From a bacterium (GTDB lineage Bacteria; Patescibacteriota; Minisyncoccia; Minisyncoccales; UBA10102): a DNA stretch of 42,853 bases. The position numbers and the translations under genes were made by a program. Below, piece after piece: positions 9,232 through 20,500 of the stretch. Where the stretch lies: the NCBI GenBank assembly GCA_027624865.1, contig JAQBTT010000003.1, positions 1 to 42,853 of the forward strand. The letters are read 5' to 3'. The notes beneath the pieces were generated by a model. The model ran no database searches and was not told the origin of the DNA. It worked only from the letters and a program-made list of their open reading frames with translations. Positions within the stretch are counted from its first letter, which is position 1; each line of letters opens with the position of its first letter.

Positions 9232-11499
9232 ATGGGGGACCTCTTAAATTTCACTACAAGGGCGAGTATTTATCTCATTGTATTTTTGGTTCCTTTGGTA
9301 TGGAACCCATGGACCTTTGAGTCTTTTGAGTTCCCAAAGCAGTACGTATTGATATTTCTAGTTTTGTTGGGCTTAGGCACCTGGCTTGCAAAGATGGTGT
9401 TTACTGAACGAGAGCTCCATTTTAAAAGAACTCCACTTAATCTCCCCATCTTACTACTTGCTGCGGCTCTAGTGCTCTCAAGTATATTCTCAGTTGATAT
9501 ATGGTCTTCTTTGTTTGGGCATTATGGAAGATTTTCTGATGGGCTTTTTGGCGTGCTTGCCTCCATTGGACTATATTTTTTAATTACCAATACGATAGAG
9601 AAACCTAGCTTTTTAGTTCGTCCTTTTTTGCTTGCAAGCGGGGTAATCATCACAGCATGGTACCTCTCTTTGTTTGGGGTAATAAAGCTACTTCCTTGGC
9701 TTTCATCTTTTATCCCACAAATGGGAGTAAGCCCTATATCCCAAAGCCAAGAGGGGTTTTTAATATTCTTAGCTTTTCTGGTATCCTTTCTTGCTCTTCT
9801 TTCTTTGCGCCCCGCTTCAGAGAGGCGAGGCTCGCCCAATGAAATTGGGCGGCCTGAGATAAAGCAACTTCCGCGAGCAGGGAATCTTTTGTTGCTTTTT
9901 TCTGCCTTTGGAATTCTTTTAATTGGAGACTCAAGCGTAGCCTGGACTGTTTTGCTTGCCGGTCTTCTTTTGGCGATTCTCTCTTTTCTATTCTTGCGAA
10001 CTCTTGCTGGAGAGACAATGAAGATAAGGCGTTTGTGGCTTCCCCTCGTTCTTTCATTCTTTGTTGTTATTTCTCTTTTTTCTGGCGTCTCCAGTGCAGG
10101 ATTTTTGCAGCAATTTGAAAAGGAATCAAAACTCTCCCATCAAGCGTCTTTTAGCATTGCTGGAAAAACACTTGGCGCAAGTGGCAAAAACCTCATGTTA
10201 GGATCTGGTCCTGGGACCTTTGCATTGGATGTTTCGTTGCACAGAGCAGCTGATTTAAATGAAACTAGTCAGTGGCAAATTCAATTTGATAGGGCTGGCA
10301 ATCACCTTGCAGAGTTACTTGCCACGATGGGTATCTTGGGATTTTTGCTTTACCTTGGAATTATTATTTGGTTTTTACTCATCTCTTTATTTTTTGTAAA
10401 GGATAAAAAGAATTTCCCGTTTGCTCTTGGAGTACTTGTTCTTTTCATAGCTCAGATTGTGTATTATCAAATTACAGCGTTGCAGGTTGCTTTTTGGTTG
10501 TTTTTCGCGCTTGCTGTAATCTCTTTTGATATTCCAAAGAGGGAATTTCGGGTTTCTTTAAAAAAGTTTTTTGAGATAAATATTGCAGTAAAGCTCATAC
10601 TTTTCGCTTTACTATTTATGGTGGGAGCCGCCTTCTTTCTTGGAGCAAGGTTCTTTCTTGCTGATATACGTTATGTTGATTCTCAAAATACCTTACATAA
10701 TGAAAAAGGTATTGAGAAGGCTCTGGAAGCTGTACGTTTTAATCCATGGCAAGGGGAGTATAAGGTATTTCTTTCAAGATTGTATCTTCAAAAAGCCATG
10801 GAGGAGCTCAAGAGGAAAGAGAGTTTACAGGATCAAGAGCAGATTGCAAAAGATGTAAAAAAAGCCATTGCATACGCAAAGGGAGATTATTTGGAAGGTA
10901 CAAAGATTACAGGTGCAATAGAATTAAGTCCCAATAGAGCTTCTTTTTGGGAAGCCTTGGGAGATGTGTATTATGATATTCAGTTTGTTGAAGGTGCTGC
11001 TACCCAAAGCATTGATTCTTTCACTACTGCTATTTTACTTGACCCAACAAATCCAGCGCTATATACCAAATTAGGGAAACTCTATATAGTAAAAAAGGAG
11101 TTTAAAACAGCACGAGAATATTTTGAGAAGGCAGTTCAGCTTAAGCAAGATTATGCAGAGGCTCAGTTGCAAATTGCTCTGTTAAAAGAACGAGAAGGGG
11201 AGACCAAAGACGCCTTATCTATTGTAGCAAAGATAAGTTTGAGGTATCCTTTGAGTATAGACGTAGGGTTCCAATATGGTCGCCTTCTATATAATGCAGG
11301 CAAAGTGGAGGAAGCTGTTGCGCAGTTTAGGAGCGTAATCAAGCTTGCTCCTAGTCATTCAAATGCGCTCTTTGCCCTGGGGACTGCTCTTTTGAGTCAG
11401 GGAGAGAACGAAGAAGCAAAAGCGTGGTTTGAAAAAGCGTTCCAGCTTAACCCTGAAAATGTAGCCTTGCAAGAAATATTGCAAGGATTTGGCAAGTGA
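9232..11499 (+). CDS. Polytopic membrane protein (O-antigen ligase/Wzy_C-like) with C-terminal TPRs
   Basis: Many hydrophobic helices, GSGPGTF loop motif, TPR-like C-terminus (ALYTKLGKLY...AREYFEKAVQL). Confidence 0.75.
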   Translation: MGDLLNFTTRASIYLIVFLVPLVWNPWTFESFEFPKQYVLIFLVLLGLGTWLAKMVFTERELHFKRTPLNLPILLLAAALVLSSIFSVDIWSSLFGHYGRFSDGLFGVLASIGLYFLITNTIEKPSFLVRPFLLASGVIITAWYLSLFGVIKLLPWLSSFIPQMGVSPISQSQEGFLIFLAFLVSFLALLSLRPASERRGSPNEIGRPEIKQLPRAGNLLLLFSAFGILLIGDSSVAWTVLLAGLLLAILSFLFLRTLAGETMKIRRLWLPLVLSFFVVISLFSGVSSAGFLQQFEKESKLSHQASFSIAGKTLGASGKNLMLGSGPGTFALDVSLHRAADLNETSQWQIQFDRAGNHLAELLATMGILGFLLYLGIIIWFLLISLFFVKDKKNFPFALGVLVLFIAQIVYYQITALQVAFWLFFALAVISFDIPKREFRVSLKKFFEINIAVKLILFALLFMVGAAFFLGARFFLADIRYVDSQNTLHNEKGIEKALEAVRFNPWQGEYKVFLSRLYLQKAMEELKRKESLQDQEQIAKDVKKAIAYAKGDYLEGTKITGAIELSPNRASFWEALGDVYYDIQFVEGAATQSIDSFTTAILLDPTNPALYTKLGKLYIVKKEFKTAREYFEKAVQLKQDYAEAQLQIALLKEREGETKDALSIVAKISLRYPLSIDVGFQYGRLLYNAGKVEEAVAQFRSVIKLAPSHSNALFALGTALLSQGENEEAKAWFEKAFQLNPENVALQEILQGFGK

Positions 11500-11546
11500 G
11501 GTAGAATAATTAAATCGTATTATTAACTAATTTTTGTTTCATATCT

Positions 11547-13874
11547 ATGATTCAGTCAGTTTCATTGCTAGAGAAGATTTCAAAAGGGGCTCTGTACGCC
11601 GCAGTATTCTTGCTCCCTCTATGGTTTTTGCCTGTAACTCAAAATGTTCTTTTATATCAAAAGCAAACCTTACTAGTTTTGTTGGTGTTCCTTGGTTTGG
11701 TCGCTTGGCTAGCTAAAATAGTGAGCCAGGGTGAAATTCGTCTGCGCCTTTCCCCTCTATATATCCCAGTTGCTTTGCTTTTGCTTTCAGTTGGAGTATC
11801 TACCATGTTTTCTCGCTGGGTTGCAGGTTCCTTTTGGGGATGGCCACTTAGTTTGACTGATAATTTTCTAACGCTCGTAATCTTTGCCTTATTCTCATTC
11901 TTGGTTCTTCAAGTAGTTGAGAATGCAAAGCATCTTTTTAACTTACTCTTAACCTTATTGGTTTCTTCTGGCATTGCAGTTTTATACACCTTGCTCCAGG
12001 CCTACCAGCTCTATCTTCTTCCTTTTGACTTTGCCAAGGTTGCAACCTTTAACACACTTTCAAATATGAATGGTGTTGCTATTTTTTCAGCAATACTCTT
12101 GCCCTTGGCTTTAGCCTTAGCTTTTGTATCAAAGATGCTTTTGCGATGGGCGCTATGGATTGTGGCAGCTGTATTGCTTGCCTCGCTTGTGCTTTTAAAC
12201 TTTCAAACAGCCTGGATTATTCTTACAGCTGGCCTCTTGGTACTTTTGGCCTTTGGTATGTGGAATATGAAAAAGAAGGGTGAGTTTGGATGGACTTCTT
12301 TTCCTATGGCTTTAATCATTGTGGCTGTGTTTTTTATGGTATTTCAGGTTGCCCTGCCTGGGGCTCCAAGAACTTTGCCAACTGAGGTTTCGCTTAGCCA
12401 AGGCGCAACTTGGAATGTTGCAAAAGAAACCTTAAAGAACCATGCACTCTTTGGAGCGGGACCCGGTACCTTTGTTTTACAATATGCCAAGTTCAGGCCA
12501 GCGGAACTTAATCAAACTGTGTTTTTTGGTACAAGATTTTCTTCAGGAGCCTCTGAAATTTTAAACTGGTTAGTAACGAAGGGTGCTGTTGGTTTCGTAG
12601 TACTCTTGGGCCTATTTTTGACGATAAAAGTTCTTGGAATCAAATCATTACTTCGGTTTGAAGAAGAAAACTTTACATGGATGTTGGGCCTTGGAGCTTT
12701 TGCTTCCCTCACCGCCCTTATTGTTTCTACGTTCCTCTACCCTGCTTCCTTTATGGTGTGGTTTCTATTCTGGACCTTACTTGGAGCTCTTGCCTTTACG
12801 GGAGCAAAAAAGGTTTCACATTTTACCGTTACTACATATCCATTCCTTGCCCTGGGCTCTTCTTTTATCTTTTTGATTGTTCTTATCTTTGGCCTTGGTC
12901 TCATGTTTGTTGGTGGACAAAAGTATGTAGCAGAAGCTCAGTATCTTAAGGGGGCACGAGCATCGGCAGTAGGAAATTTGGACGTGGCAATTGCAAAGAT
13001 TCTTTCTGCAGCAAATTTAAATCCCGCAGTGGACCTCTACTGGAGAGATCTTTCTCAGCTTTACTTAACAAAGGTAAATCAGATTTCAGCAAATCAGGAA
13101 CTTTCAAAAGAGGAGCGCCAAGCGCAAACACAGACTGCGGTTTCAAATAGCATCGCATCTGCTCGCGCCGCAACAAAGGTGGCACCAGCAAACGTTGCAA
13201 ACTGGAACGTTCAAGGATTTGTGTACAGAAGCCTTATTGGTATTCAAGGAGCAGAAGCCTTGGCGCAAGAAGCATATCTTGAGGCAGCAAAATTGGAACC
13301 TACCTCTCCGTTCCCGTGGACAGAATTGGCTCGTTCCAAGATTGTGCAGGCTCAAGCTCTTGCTACCAAAAACGCTGAGGAGACAAGAGCACAAGTGCTT
13401 CTGGAGGCTCTTGAAAATCTTAATAAAGCCTTGGAGCTAAAGGAGGACTATGCTCCTGCTCACTTTTTGACTGCTGTGGTATATGATCAACAGGGAAAAT
13501 CAGATGAAGCTGTGGCAAAGCTTGAGGAAACAAAACTTATTTCTTCGCCTGATGATATTGGTTTGGCGTTTCAGCTGGGAGTTCTCTATTGGCAGCGAAA
13601 GGAGCTTGCAAAAGCTGAAGTTGAACTTACGCGAGCAGTTGGGATTAACCCTGATTACTCCAATGCAAGATATATCTTAGGATTGGTGCATGATGCAAGG
13701 GGGGACAAGGTCGCAGCAAAGATAGAGTTTGCCGAGGTAGAAAGATTGAATCCAGATAATCAGGAGATAAAACAAATTCTAACAAACTTGGAAAATGGCC
13801 GTCCGGCTCTGGAGGGTATCCAGGTTTCAGCCCCTCCTATCAAAGAGGCCCCACCTGAAATTCCAGGAGCGTAA
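11547..13874 (+). CDS. Paralogous O-antigen-ligase-like membrane protein with TPRs
   Basis: Same architecture as 9232-11499; GAGPGTF motif; TPRs. Confidence 0.75.
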   Translation: MIQSVSLLEKISKGALYAAVFLLPLWFLPVTQNVLLYQKQTLLVLLVFLGLVAWLAKIVSQGEIRLRLSPLYIPVALLLLSVGVSTMFSRWVAGSFWGWPLSLTDNFLTLVIFALFSFLVLQVVENAKHLFNLLLTLLVSSGIAVLYTLLQAYQLYLLPFDFAKVATFNTLSNMNGVAIFSAILLPLALALAFVSKMLLRWALWIVAAVLLASLVLLNFQTAWIILTAGLLVLLAFGMWNMKKKGEFGWTSFPMALIIVAVFFMVFQVALPGAPRTLPTEVSLSQGATWNVAKETLKNHALFGAGPGTFVLQYAKFRPAELNQTVFFGTRFSSGASEILNWLVTKGAVGFVVLLGLFLTIKVLGIKSLLRFEEENFTWMLGLGAFASLTALIVSTFLYPASFMVWFLFWTLLGALAFTGAKKVSHFTVTTYPFLALGSSFIFLIVLIFGLGLMFVGGQKYVAEAQYLKGARASAVGNLDVAIAKILSAANLNPAVDLYWRDLSQLYLTKVNQISANQELSKEERQAQTQTAVSNSIASARAATKVAPANVANWNVQGFVYRSLIGIQGAEALAQEAYLEAAKLEPTSPFPWTELARSKIVQAQALATKNAEETRAQVLLEALENLNKALELKEDYAPAHFLTAVVYDQQGKSDEAVAKLEETKLISSPDDIGLAFQLGVLYWQRKELAKAEVELTRAVGINPDYSNARYILGLVHDARGDKVAAKIEFAEVERLNPDNQEIKQILTNLENGRPALEGIQVSAPPIKEAPPEIPGA

Positions 13875-14017
13875 AGCCATAGTAAGGGGGGATGAGGCTT
13901 GTTGATAACCTGGGGAAAAGATTCTTTGATAGAGAGGGGTTGACCCAGCACCATTTTTCTATTATGACTATAATGAGCTAATAATTGAGTTTTTGGTTGG
14001 GCTAAAATGGTGCTGGG

Positions 14018-14046
14018 TTGACATTTCTAGCAATATCCTGTACACT
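14018..14046 (+). promoter_or_regulatory. sigma70 promoter of rpoBC
   Basis: TTGACA (14018-14023), 17-nt spacer, TACACT (14041-14046). Confidence 0.7.
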
Positions 14047-14155
14047 ACTTCACAGCTAAATATATTGTAGTTTATCTCATCTTGTCTTCTTTTTTAATAT
14101 AGTAGTAATATAGTTTTACGGGACCTTTTTTGAATGGAAAGGGACCTTTGTTTTT

Positions 14156-17100
14156 ATGGCAACTCCCCAACCTCTTTTTAAAAATTTTACAAAGACTCAA
14201 GTTCACTTCCCCTTGCCTTACCTGCTTTCGGTACCGCAAAATAGTTGGAACAAGTTTTGGGCTACAGATTTTAAGGAACTATTGCAAGAAGTGTCTCCCA
14301 TACGGGACCACACAAAAAAGGAGTTTGAACTTTGGTTTTTGGATTTTAAAATAGGGAAGGCAAATCATGCCTCTGATCTTGAAGCAAAAGAAAACGATGA
14401 TTCCTATCAAGCGCCACTGCGTGTGAAGGTTCGTTTGGTAAACTTAAAAACAAAAGAGCAAAAAGAGCAGGAGATATTCCTCGCTGATTTTCCTTTAATG
14501 ACCGCGAGAGGTACGTTTATCATCAATGGAGTGGAACGTGTTGCAATTAGCCAGCTCATCCGTTCCCCTGGAGTATTCTTTACCGGTCAAAACGTTACTG
14601 CTACAAAAAAGATTTTTGGAGCAAAAATTATCCCTAATCGAGGGGCGTGGTTGGAATTTGAGACTGAGGCTTCAGGATTTATTGGTGTTCGTATTGATAG
14701 GAAAAGGAAAGCGCCCGTTACAACGCTTTTGCGTGCCTTTGGCATGGAGACTGAGGAGGCAATACGGAGTGCATTTGGCGACGTAGATACAGGAGAGGTA
14801 AGTTACATTACAGAAACTTTAAAAAAGGATATTACCAAAGGACAAGGAGATGGGTTAATGGAGATTTACCGAAGGCTTCGCCCTGGGGACTACGTTACCC
14901 CAGAGACAGCAAAGGAACTTATTTGGAACATGTTCTTTAATTTTGAGCGGTATGATTTTTCTCGAGTTGGAAGATGGAAAACACTGCAACGCTTGCCAGC
15001 TTTAAAGCCAAAAGACAAGAAATCAAAATCTGCTGAGGCAAATGAGGAGATTAGCATTGAAGACCGTGTGTTGAAACTGGAAGATGTAGTAGAAGTGCTT
15101 CGTGAAATTATTCGTTTAAACAATACTCCGGGAGCTGCGCCCGATCAAATTGATCACTTAGGGAATAGGAGAGTGAGAACCTTTGCTGAGTTTTTGCAAA
15201 ATAGGTTGCGCGTTGGATTTATGAGGATGGAGCGGATTATAAAAGACAGGATGTCTACCTTGGATTCTGCTACCCTCACCCCAGCGCAGTTGGTAAATCC
15301 AAGGCCGGTTATGGCAATGATTAAGGAGTTTTTTACGTCTTCTCAAATTACTCAATTCATGGATAATGAGAACCCTCTAGCTGAACTTGAGCACAAAAGA
15401 AGAGTGTCAGCTACTGGACCTGGTGGATTAACCAGAGAACGAGCTGGATTTGAAGTGCGAGATGTGCAACCTTCACACTATGGAAGAATTTGCCCTATCC
15501 AAACCCCAGAAGGTCCAAATATTGGGTTGGTGGGACACATGGCAAGTTATGCCCGCATTAACTCTCATGGGTTCTTGGAAACTCCATACTTTAAGGTAGA
15601 GAAAGGAAAGGTATTAAGTGAGCTAAAATATTTAAATGCCTTTGAGGAAGAGCAGGAGATTATATCTCACGCAGGTATTGCTTTGGATAAAAATAATAAG
15701 ATTATTCCAGAAAAAGTGCAGGCGAGAGTACGGGGAGAAGCAGGAACTGCCCCAAGAGACGAGGTGACGTACTTTGATGTTTCAGCAGAGCAGTCAATTT
15801 CTATTGCAACAGCCCTTATCCCATTTTTAAGAAACGATGATGCAAACCGTGCACTGATGGGCTCTAACATGCAGAGGCAAGCAGTTCCTTTAGTAAAACC
15901 TCAAAGCCCATTAGTAGGGACGGGGCTTGAAGAAAAAGTAGCGCAAGATTCAGGGCTTGCAGTCATGGCAAAGGAAGATGGCACCATTACACAGGTGGAC
16001 GCGCGTCACATAACGCTCAAGCCTCAAAAGGGGCATATCATAGTAGAAACACTTAAGAACTTTGTTCGAACGAACCAGTACACTTCTTTTCACCAACGTC
16101 CCATCGTAAATGTTGGAGATAAGGTAAAGAAAGGGCAAATCATTGCAGATGGAGGTGCTATTGATCAAGGACGCTTGGCCCTAGGAACGAATCTATTGGT
16201 TGCATTTCTCCCATGGAGAGGAGGCAACTATGAAGATGCTATTGTTCTTTCAGAGCGCTTGGTAAAAGATGATAGGTACACCTCAATTCACATTGAGGAT
16301 TTTGTGGCAGATATTCGTGAGACGAAACTTGGACCTGAGGTTACTACTTCAGATATTCCTAATGTTGGAGAGGAGAAACTAAGAGATTTGGATGAAGAAG
16401 GAGTAATTCGTGTTGGAGCTGAAGTGGAACCTAATGATATTTTAGTAGGAAAGATTTCTCCTAAAGGAGAGGCAGATCTTACTGCAGAGGAACGCCTGCT
16501 TCGTGCTATTTTTGGTGAAAAGGCACGAGACATTAAAGATAGCTCTCTTTTGATGCCTCACGGAAAACGTGGAAGAGTGGTATCTGTGAAAGTATTTGAG
16601 CGTTCCTTGGGGCACAAACTTGAGCCTGGAATTATAAAACGTATTCACGTTGAGGTTGCACAACTTCGAAAAATACAACCTGGAGATAAGTTAGCTGGGA
16701 GACACGGGAACAAAGGAGTGATTTCTTTTGTCTTGCCAGAAGAGGATATGCCATTTATGGAGGATGGAACCCCAGTGGATATTGTTTTAAATCCTTTGGG
16801 GGTTGCATCTCGAATGAATATTGGGCAGATTTTGGAAACTCACTTAGGGTGGGCAGCAAAGAAGGGCGGGTACTATGCGATAACCCCTGGACTTGCAGGA
16901 GCTACTGAAGAAGATATTAAAGAGGCATTGCGCGAGCAAGGGCTTCCAGAAGACGGAAAGATAACGCTATTTGATGGACATGATGGGAAGCCGTTCCCTC
17001 AAAAAATTACCGTGGGGTACGTGTATATGCTCAAGTTAATTCATATGATTGAAGACAAGATTCATATGCGTTCTATTGGTCCTTACTCTTTAATCACTCA

Positions 17101-17413
17101 GCAACCACTTGGTGGGAAGGCTCAGTTTGGAGGGCAGCGTTTCGGGGAAATGGAAGTATGGGCACTGGAAGGATATGGAGCGGCACATATTTTGCAAGAA
17201 ATGCTTACGATTAAATCAGATGATGTTCCAGGAAGAGCTGCAACCTATGAAGCAATCCTGCGAGGGCAACCTATTCAAACCCCAAATCTTCCAGCTTCTT
17301 TTAGCCTTCTTTTAGGTGAATTAAGATCCTTGGGTCTCAATATTGAAGTGAAAGAGAGTAAATCCGAAGCACGAAATCTGAAGCACGAAACAAATACGAA
17401 TGACAAAAATTAG
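14156..17413 (+). CDS. rpoB: RNA polymerase beta subunit
   Basis: GTFIINGVERV, HYGRICPIQTPEGPNIGL, GDKLAGRHGNKG, GGQRFGEMEVWALE. Confidence 0.99.
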   Translation: MATPQPLFKNFTKTQVHFPLPYLLSVPQNSWNKFWATDFKELLQEVSPIRDHTKKEFELWFLDFKIGKANHASDLEAKENDDSYQAPLRVKVRLVNLKTKEQKEQEIFLADFPLMTARGTFIINGVERVAISQLIRSPGVFFTGQNVTATKKIFGAKIIPNRGAWLEFETEASGFIGVRIDRKRKAPVTTLLRAFGMETEEAIRSAFGDVDTGEVSYITETLKKDITKGQGDGLMEIYRRLRPGDYVTPETAKELIWNMFFNFERYDFSRVGRWKTLQRLPALKPKDKKSKSAEANEEISIEDRVLKLEDVVEVLREIIRLNNTPGAAPDQIDHLGNRRVRTFAEFLQNRLRVGFMRMERIIKDRMSTLDSATLTPAQLVNPRPVMAMIKEFFTSSQITQFMDNENPLAELEHKRRVSATGPGGLTRERAGFEVRDVQPSHYGRICPIQTPEGPNIGLVGHMASYARINSHGFLETPYFKVEKGKVLSELKYLNAFEEEQEIISHAGIALDKNNKIIPEKVQARVRGEAGTAPRDEVTYFDVSAEQSISIATALIPFLRNDDANRALMGSNMQRQAVPLVKPQSPLVGTGLEEKVAQDSGLAVMAKEDGTITQVDARHITLKPQKGHIIVETLKNFVRTNQYTSFHQRPIVNVGDKVKKGQIIADGGAIDQGRLALGTNLLVAFLPWRGGNYEDAIVLSERLVKDDRYTSIHIEDFVADIRETKLGPEVTTSDIPNVGEEKLRDLDEEGVIRVGAEVEPNDILVGKISPKGEADLTAEERLLRAIFGEKARDIKDSSLLMPHGKRGRVVSVKVFERSLGHKLEPGIIKRIHVEVAQLRKIQPGDKLAGRHGNKGVISFVLPEEDMPFMEDGTPVDIVLNPLGVASRMNIGQILETHLGWAAKKGGYYAITPGLAGATEEDIKEALREQGLPEDGKITLFDGHDGKPFPQKITVGYVYMLKLIHMIEDKIHMRSIGPYSLITQQPLGGKAQFGGQRFGEMEVWALEGYGAAHILQEMLTIKSDDVPGRAATYEAILRGQPIQTPNLPASFSLLLGELRSLGLNIEVKESKSEARNLKHETNTNDKN

Positions 17414-17493
17414 AATGGCCAAAACAGGTTTTGAACATTTGAATATTATAACTTTGAATTTGTTTCGTATTTCGACATTCGAATTTCGAATTT
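17360..17493. repeat. Heptamer-arm inverted element overlapping the rpoB 3' end
   Basis: aaatccg-aagcacg-aaatctg-aagcacg-aaacaa ... ttgttt-cgtattt-cgacatt-cgaattt-cgaattt. Confidence 0.8.
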
Positions 17494-17500
17494 TTATCAT

Positions 17501-20500
17501 ATGAGAGTAACTGATCTTGAATCCATACGAATAAGGTTAGCTTCTCCAGAAAATGTTCTGGCGTGGTCTTTTGGTGAGGTTACAAAACCTGAAACTATTA
17601 ACTATCGTACGCAACGCTCAGAGAAAGAGGGATTGTTTGATGAACGTATCTTTGGACCAGAAAAGGACTATGAATGTTCTTGTGGGAAATACCGAAAAAT
17701 CAGGTACAAAGGTGTTGTATGTGATAGGTGCGGAGTTGAAGTTACAAAGTCTTCTGTGCGGCGCGAAAGAATGGGGCATATCACATTAGCTTCACCTTGC
17801 TCTCATATTTGGTTCTTGCGAGGACTTCCTTCTCGTATGGGGTTGGTTCTGGATATTCCAGCAGCATCTTTGGAGCGTGTCATTTATTTTGCTTCCTACA
17901 TCATCACTGAGGTAAATGAAGAGGAGAAACAAAAAGCAGCGCAAGAGATTGAGGAAGAGTTTAAACGAAAAACAAAAGGACAATCAGATGAGGACAAAAA
18001 AATCATAAAAGAAGCAAAAGACAAGGCAAAGGATGAGCTGAAAGGATTTGTGAAGATGAAGATTATTTCAGAAGCTGAGTATCAAAACCTTTCTTTAAAA
18101 TATGGTCAGGTTTTTGAGGCAGGAACGGGAGCTGAAGCACTACGGAAAATCTTTGAGGAGGTGGATCTAAAGAAACTGCTTACTCAAGTAAAAAAAGATT
18201 TACTCACTGCAAGTACGCAAGCAAAGCGTAAGCTTTTGCTGCGCCTTCGTTTGTTGCAAGGTATGATTGAGGCAGAGATTCGTCCCGAATGGATGTTCAT
18301 GACACATTTGCCAGTTTTGCCTCCTGATTTGCGTCCCATGGTGCAATTGGATGGAGGAAGGTATGCATCCTCTGATTTAAATGATTTGTATCGTAGAGTT
18401 ATTAACCGAAACAATCGATTAAAATACCTACTTGAGATTGGAGCACCAGACGTAATTGTGCGAAATGAAAAGAGGATGCTGCAAGAAGCAGTGGATGCTT
18501 TGATTGATAACTCCATGAGAAAAGGACAGATGACTCAGGCAACAACTGGGGGACGCCGTTTGCTTAAATCTTTAGCTGACATGCTCAAGGGAAAGCAGGG
18601 AAGATTCAGACAAAACCTTCTTGGAAAGCGTGTAGATTACTCAGGGCGTTCAGTAATTGTAGTTGGACCCACGATGTCTTTAAATAACGTGGGATTACCA
18701 AAACATATGGCGCTTGAGCTTTTCAAACCCTTTGTTATCAATCAGATTCTAGAGAAGGAACTTGCGTTCAATGTGAGGGGAGCAAATCGTCTCATTGAAC
18801 AAAAGACTGATGATGTGTGGGCAATCTTGGAAGATGTGGTAAAAGACAAACCTGTACTTTTAAACCGTGCTCCTACTTTGCACCGCTTGGGAATTCAGGC
18901 ATTTTACCCTCAGCTTGTAGAAGGAGAGGCAATTCGTTTACATCCCTTGGTATGTCCTGCGTTCAATGCGGACTTTGATGGAGATCAGATGGCAGTGCAT
19001 GTTCCACTATCCAAGGAGGCACAAAAAGAAGCAAAAGATCTTATGCTATCATCTCAAAATCTACTCAAGCCAGCTACTGGAAGTCCAGTGGCCGGCCCCA
19101 GGCAAGACATGGTGCTTGGATGTTACTATCTTTCGGGACTTGACAAGGAGCAAAAGGAAGTGAAACAAAATTTTGGTAGTACACAAGAGGCAATGCTTGC
19201 AATGGAAGCTGGTGTTGTAGGGATTCGAGAACTTGCGAATGTTCGTCTTGCAAAAAATTGGGGAGGTGATGGAGTTTCGCTTACCCAAACCACAGTAGGA
19301 AGAATTATCTTTAACGAATCTTTGCCTACAGGATTTCCTTTTGTGAACGACCAAATTAACGCAAAGAAAATGGAGCGGTTGGTGGCAGATATTATTAAAG
19401 ATTACCCTGCCATAGAAGCTCCTGATATGTTGGATAAAATAAAAGAGCTTGGGTTTGAATACGCAACCAAGTCAGGAATAACTTGGGGAATGGATGACCT
19501 TATCGTTCCTCCAGAGAAAGCAGGATTACTCAAAGAAGCAGATAAGGAGGTTGAGGTTATTGATTCACATTTTGCAAAGGGATTTCTTTCCAAAGAGGAG
19601 AGATCTAGCAAGGTTATTGAAATTTGGCAGAGAGTAAAGTCTAGCATTGAGAAGCTCGTACCAAAGACATTACCAGAAGGTGGTTCTGTGTTTTCTATTA
19701 TTGATTCTGGCGCAAGAGGTTCTTGGTCACAACCCGTACAGATGGCAGGAATGAAAGGGTTGGTGATAAACCCGGCTGGACGTATTATTGAGCTCCCTGT
19801 TACCAGTTCCTTTAAGGAAGGGTTTAACGTGCTGGAATACTTTATCTCAACGCATGGTGCACGAAAGGGAACTGCAGATACTGCACTTCGAACTTCTACT
19901 GCTGGATACCTAACTCGTCGTCTTATTGATGTTTCACATGATGCCTTAATAACGTTACATGACTGTAAAGATACCATTGGCATTATTGCTTCAAAAGACG
20001 AGGCTGAAGAGCTTGGGCAAAATATTGCTTTAAAGCTCGCTGGACGTATGTCGCTTCAAGATATAAAGGGAATCGTAAAGAAAGGAGAATACATTGATTG
20101 GGATATGGCGCAGAAAATAGGAGAGAAGGAAGATGTAAACGAAATTCAAGTTCGCTCTCCTTTGTCTTGCAAATCAATTCGTGGACTATGTCAGCGATGT
20201 TACGGGTGGGATATGGGAAGAAACGAGGAAGTTGAGATTGGAGCAGCCGTTGGTATTGTAGCTGCACAATCCATTGGAGAGCCTGGAACTCAATTAACCA
20301 TGAGAACGTTCCACACTGGTGGTGTTGCTGGAGGTGGGGATATTACACAAGGTCTTCCTCGAGTGGAAGAGATTTTTGAGGGAAGAGTTCCTTCAGGAAG
20401 AGCAGTGGTCTCAGGACTTGATGGAAAGGTAATAGAAATTAGCGCTGATGGTCTGGTAAAAGTTCAAGGGAAAGATCTTGATGCAAAAGCAAAAAAGGAA

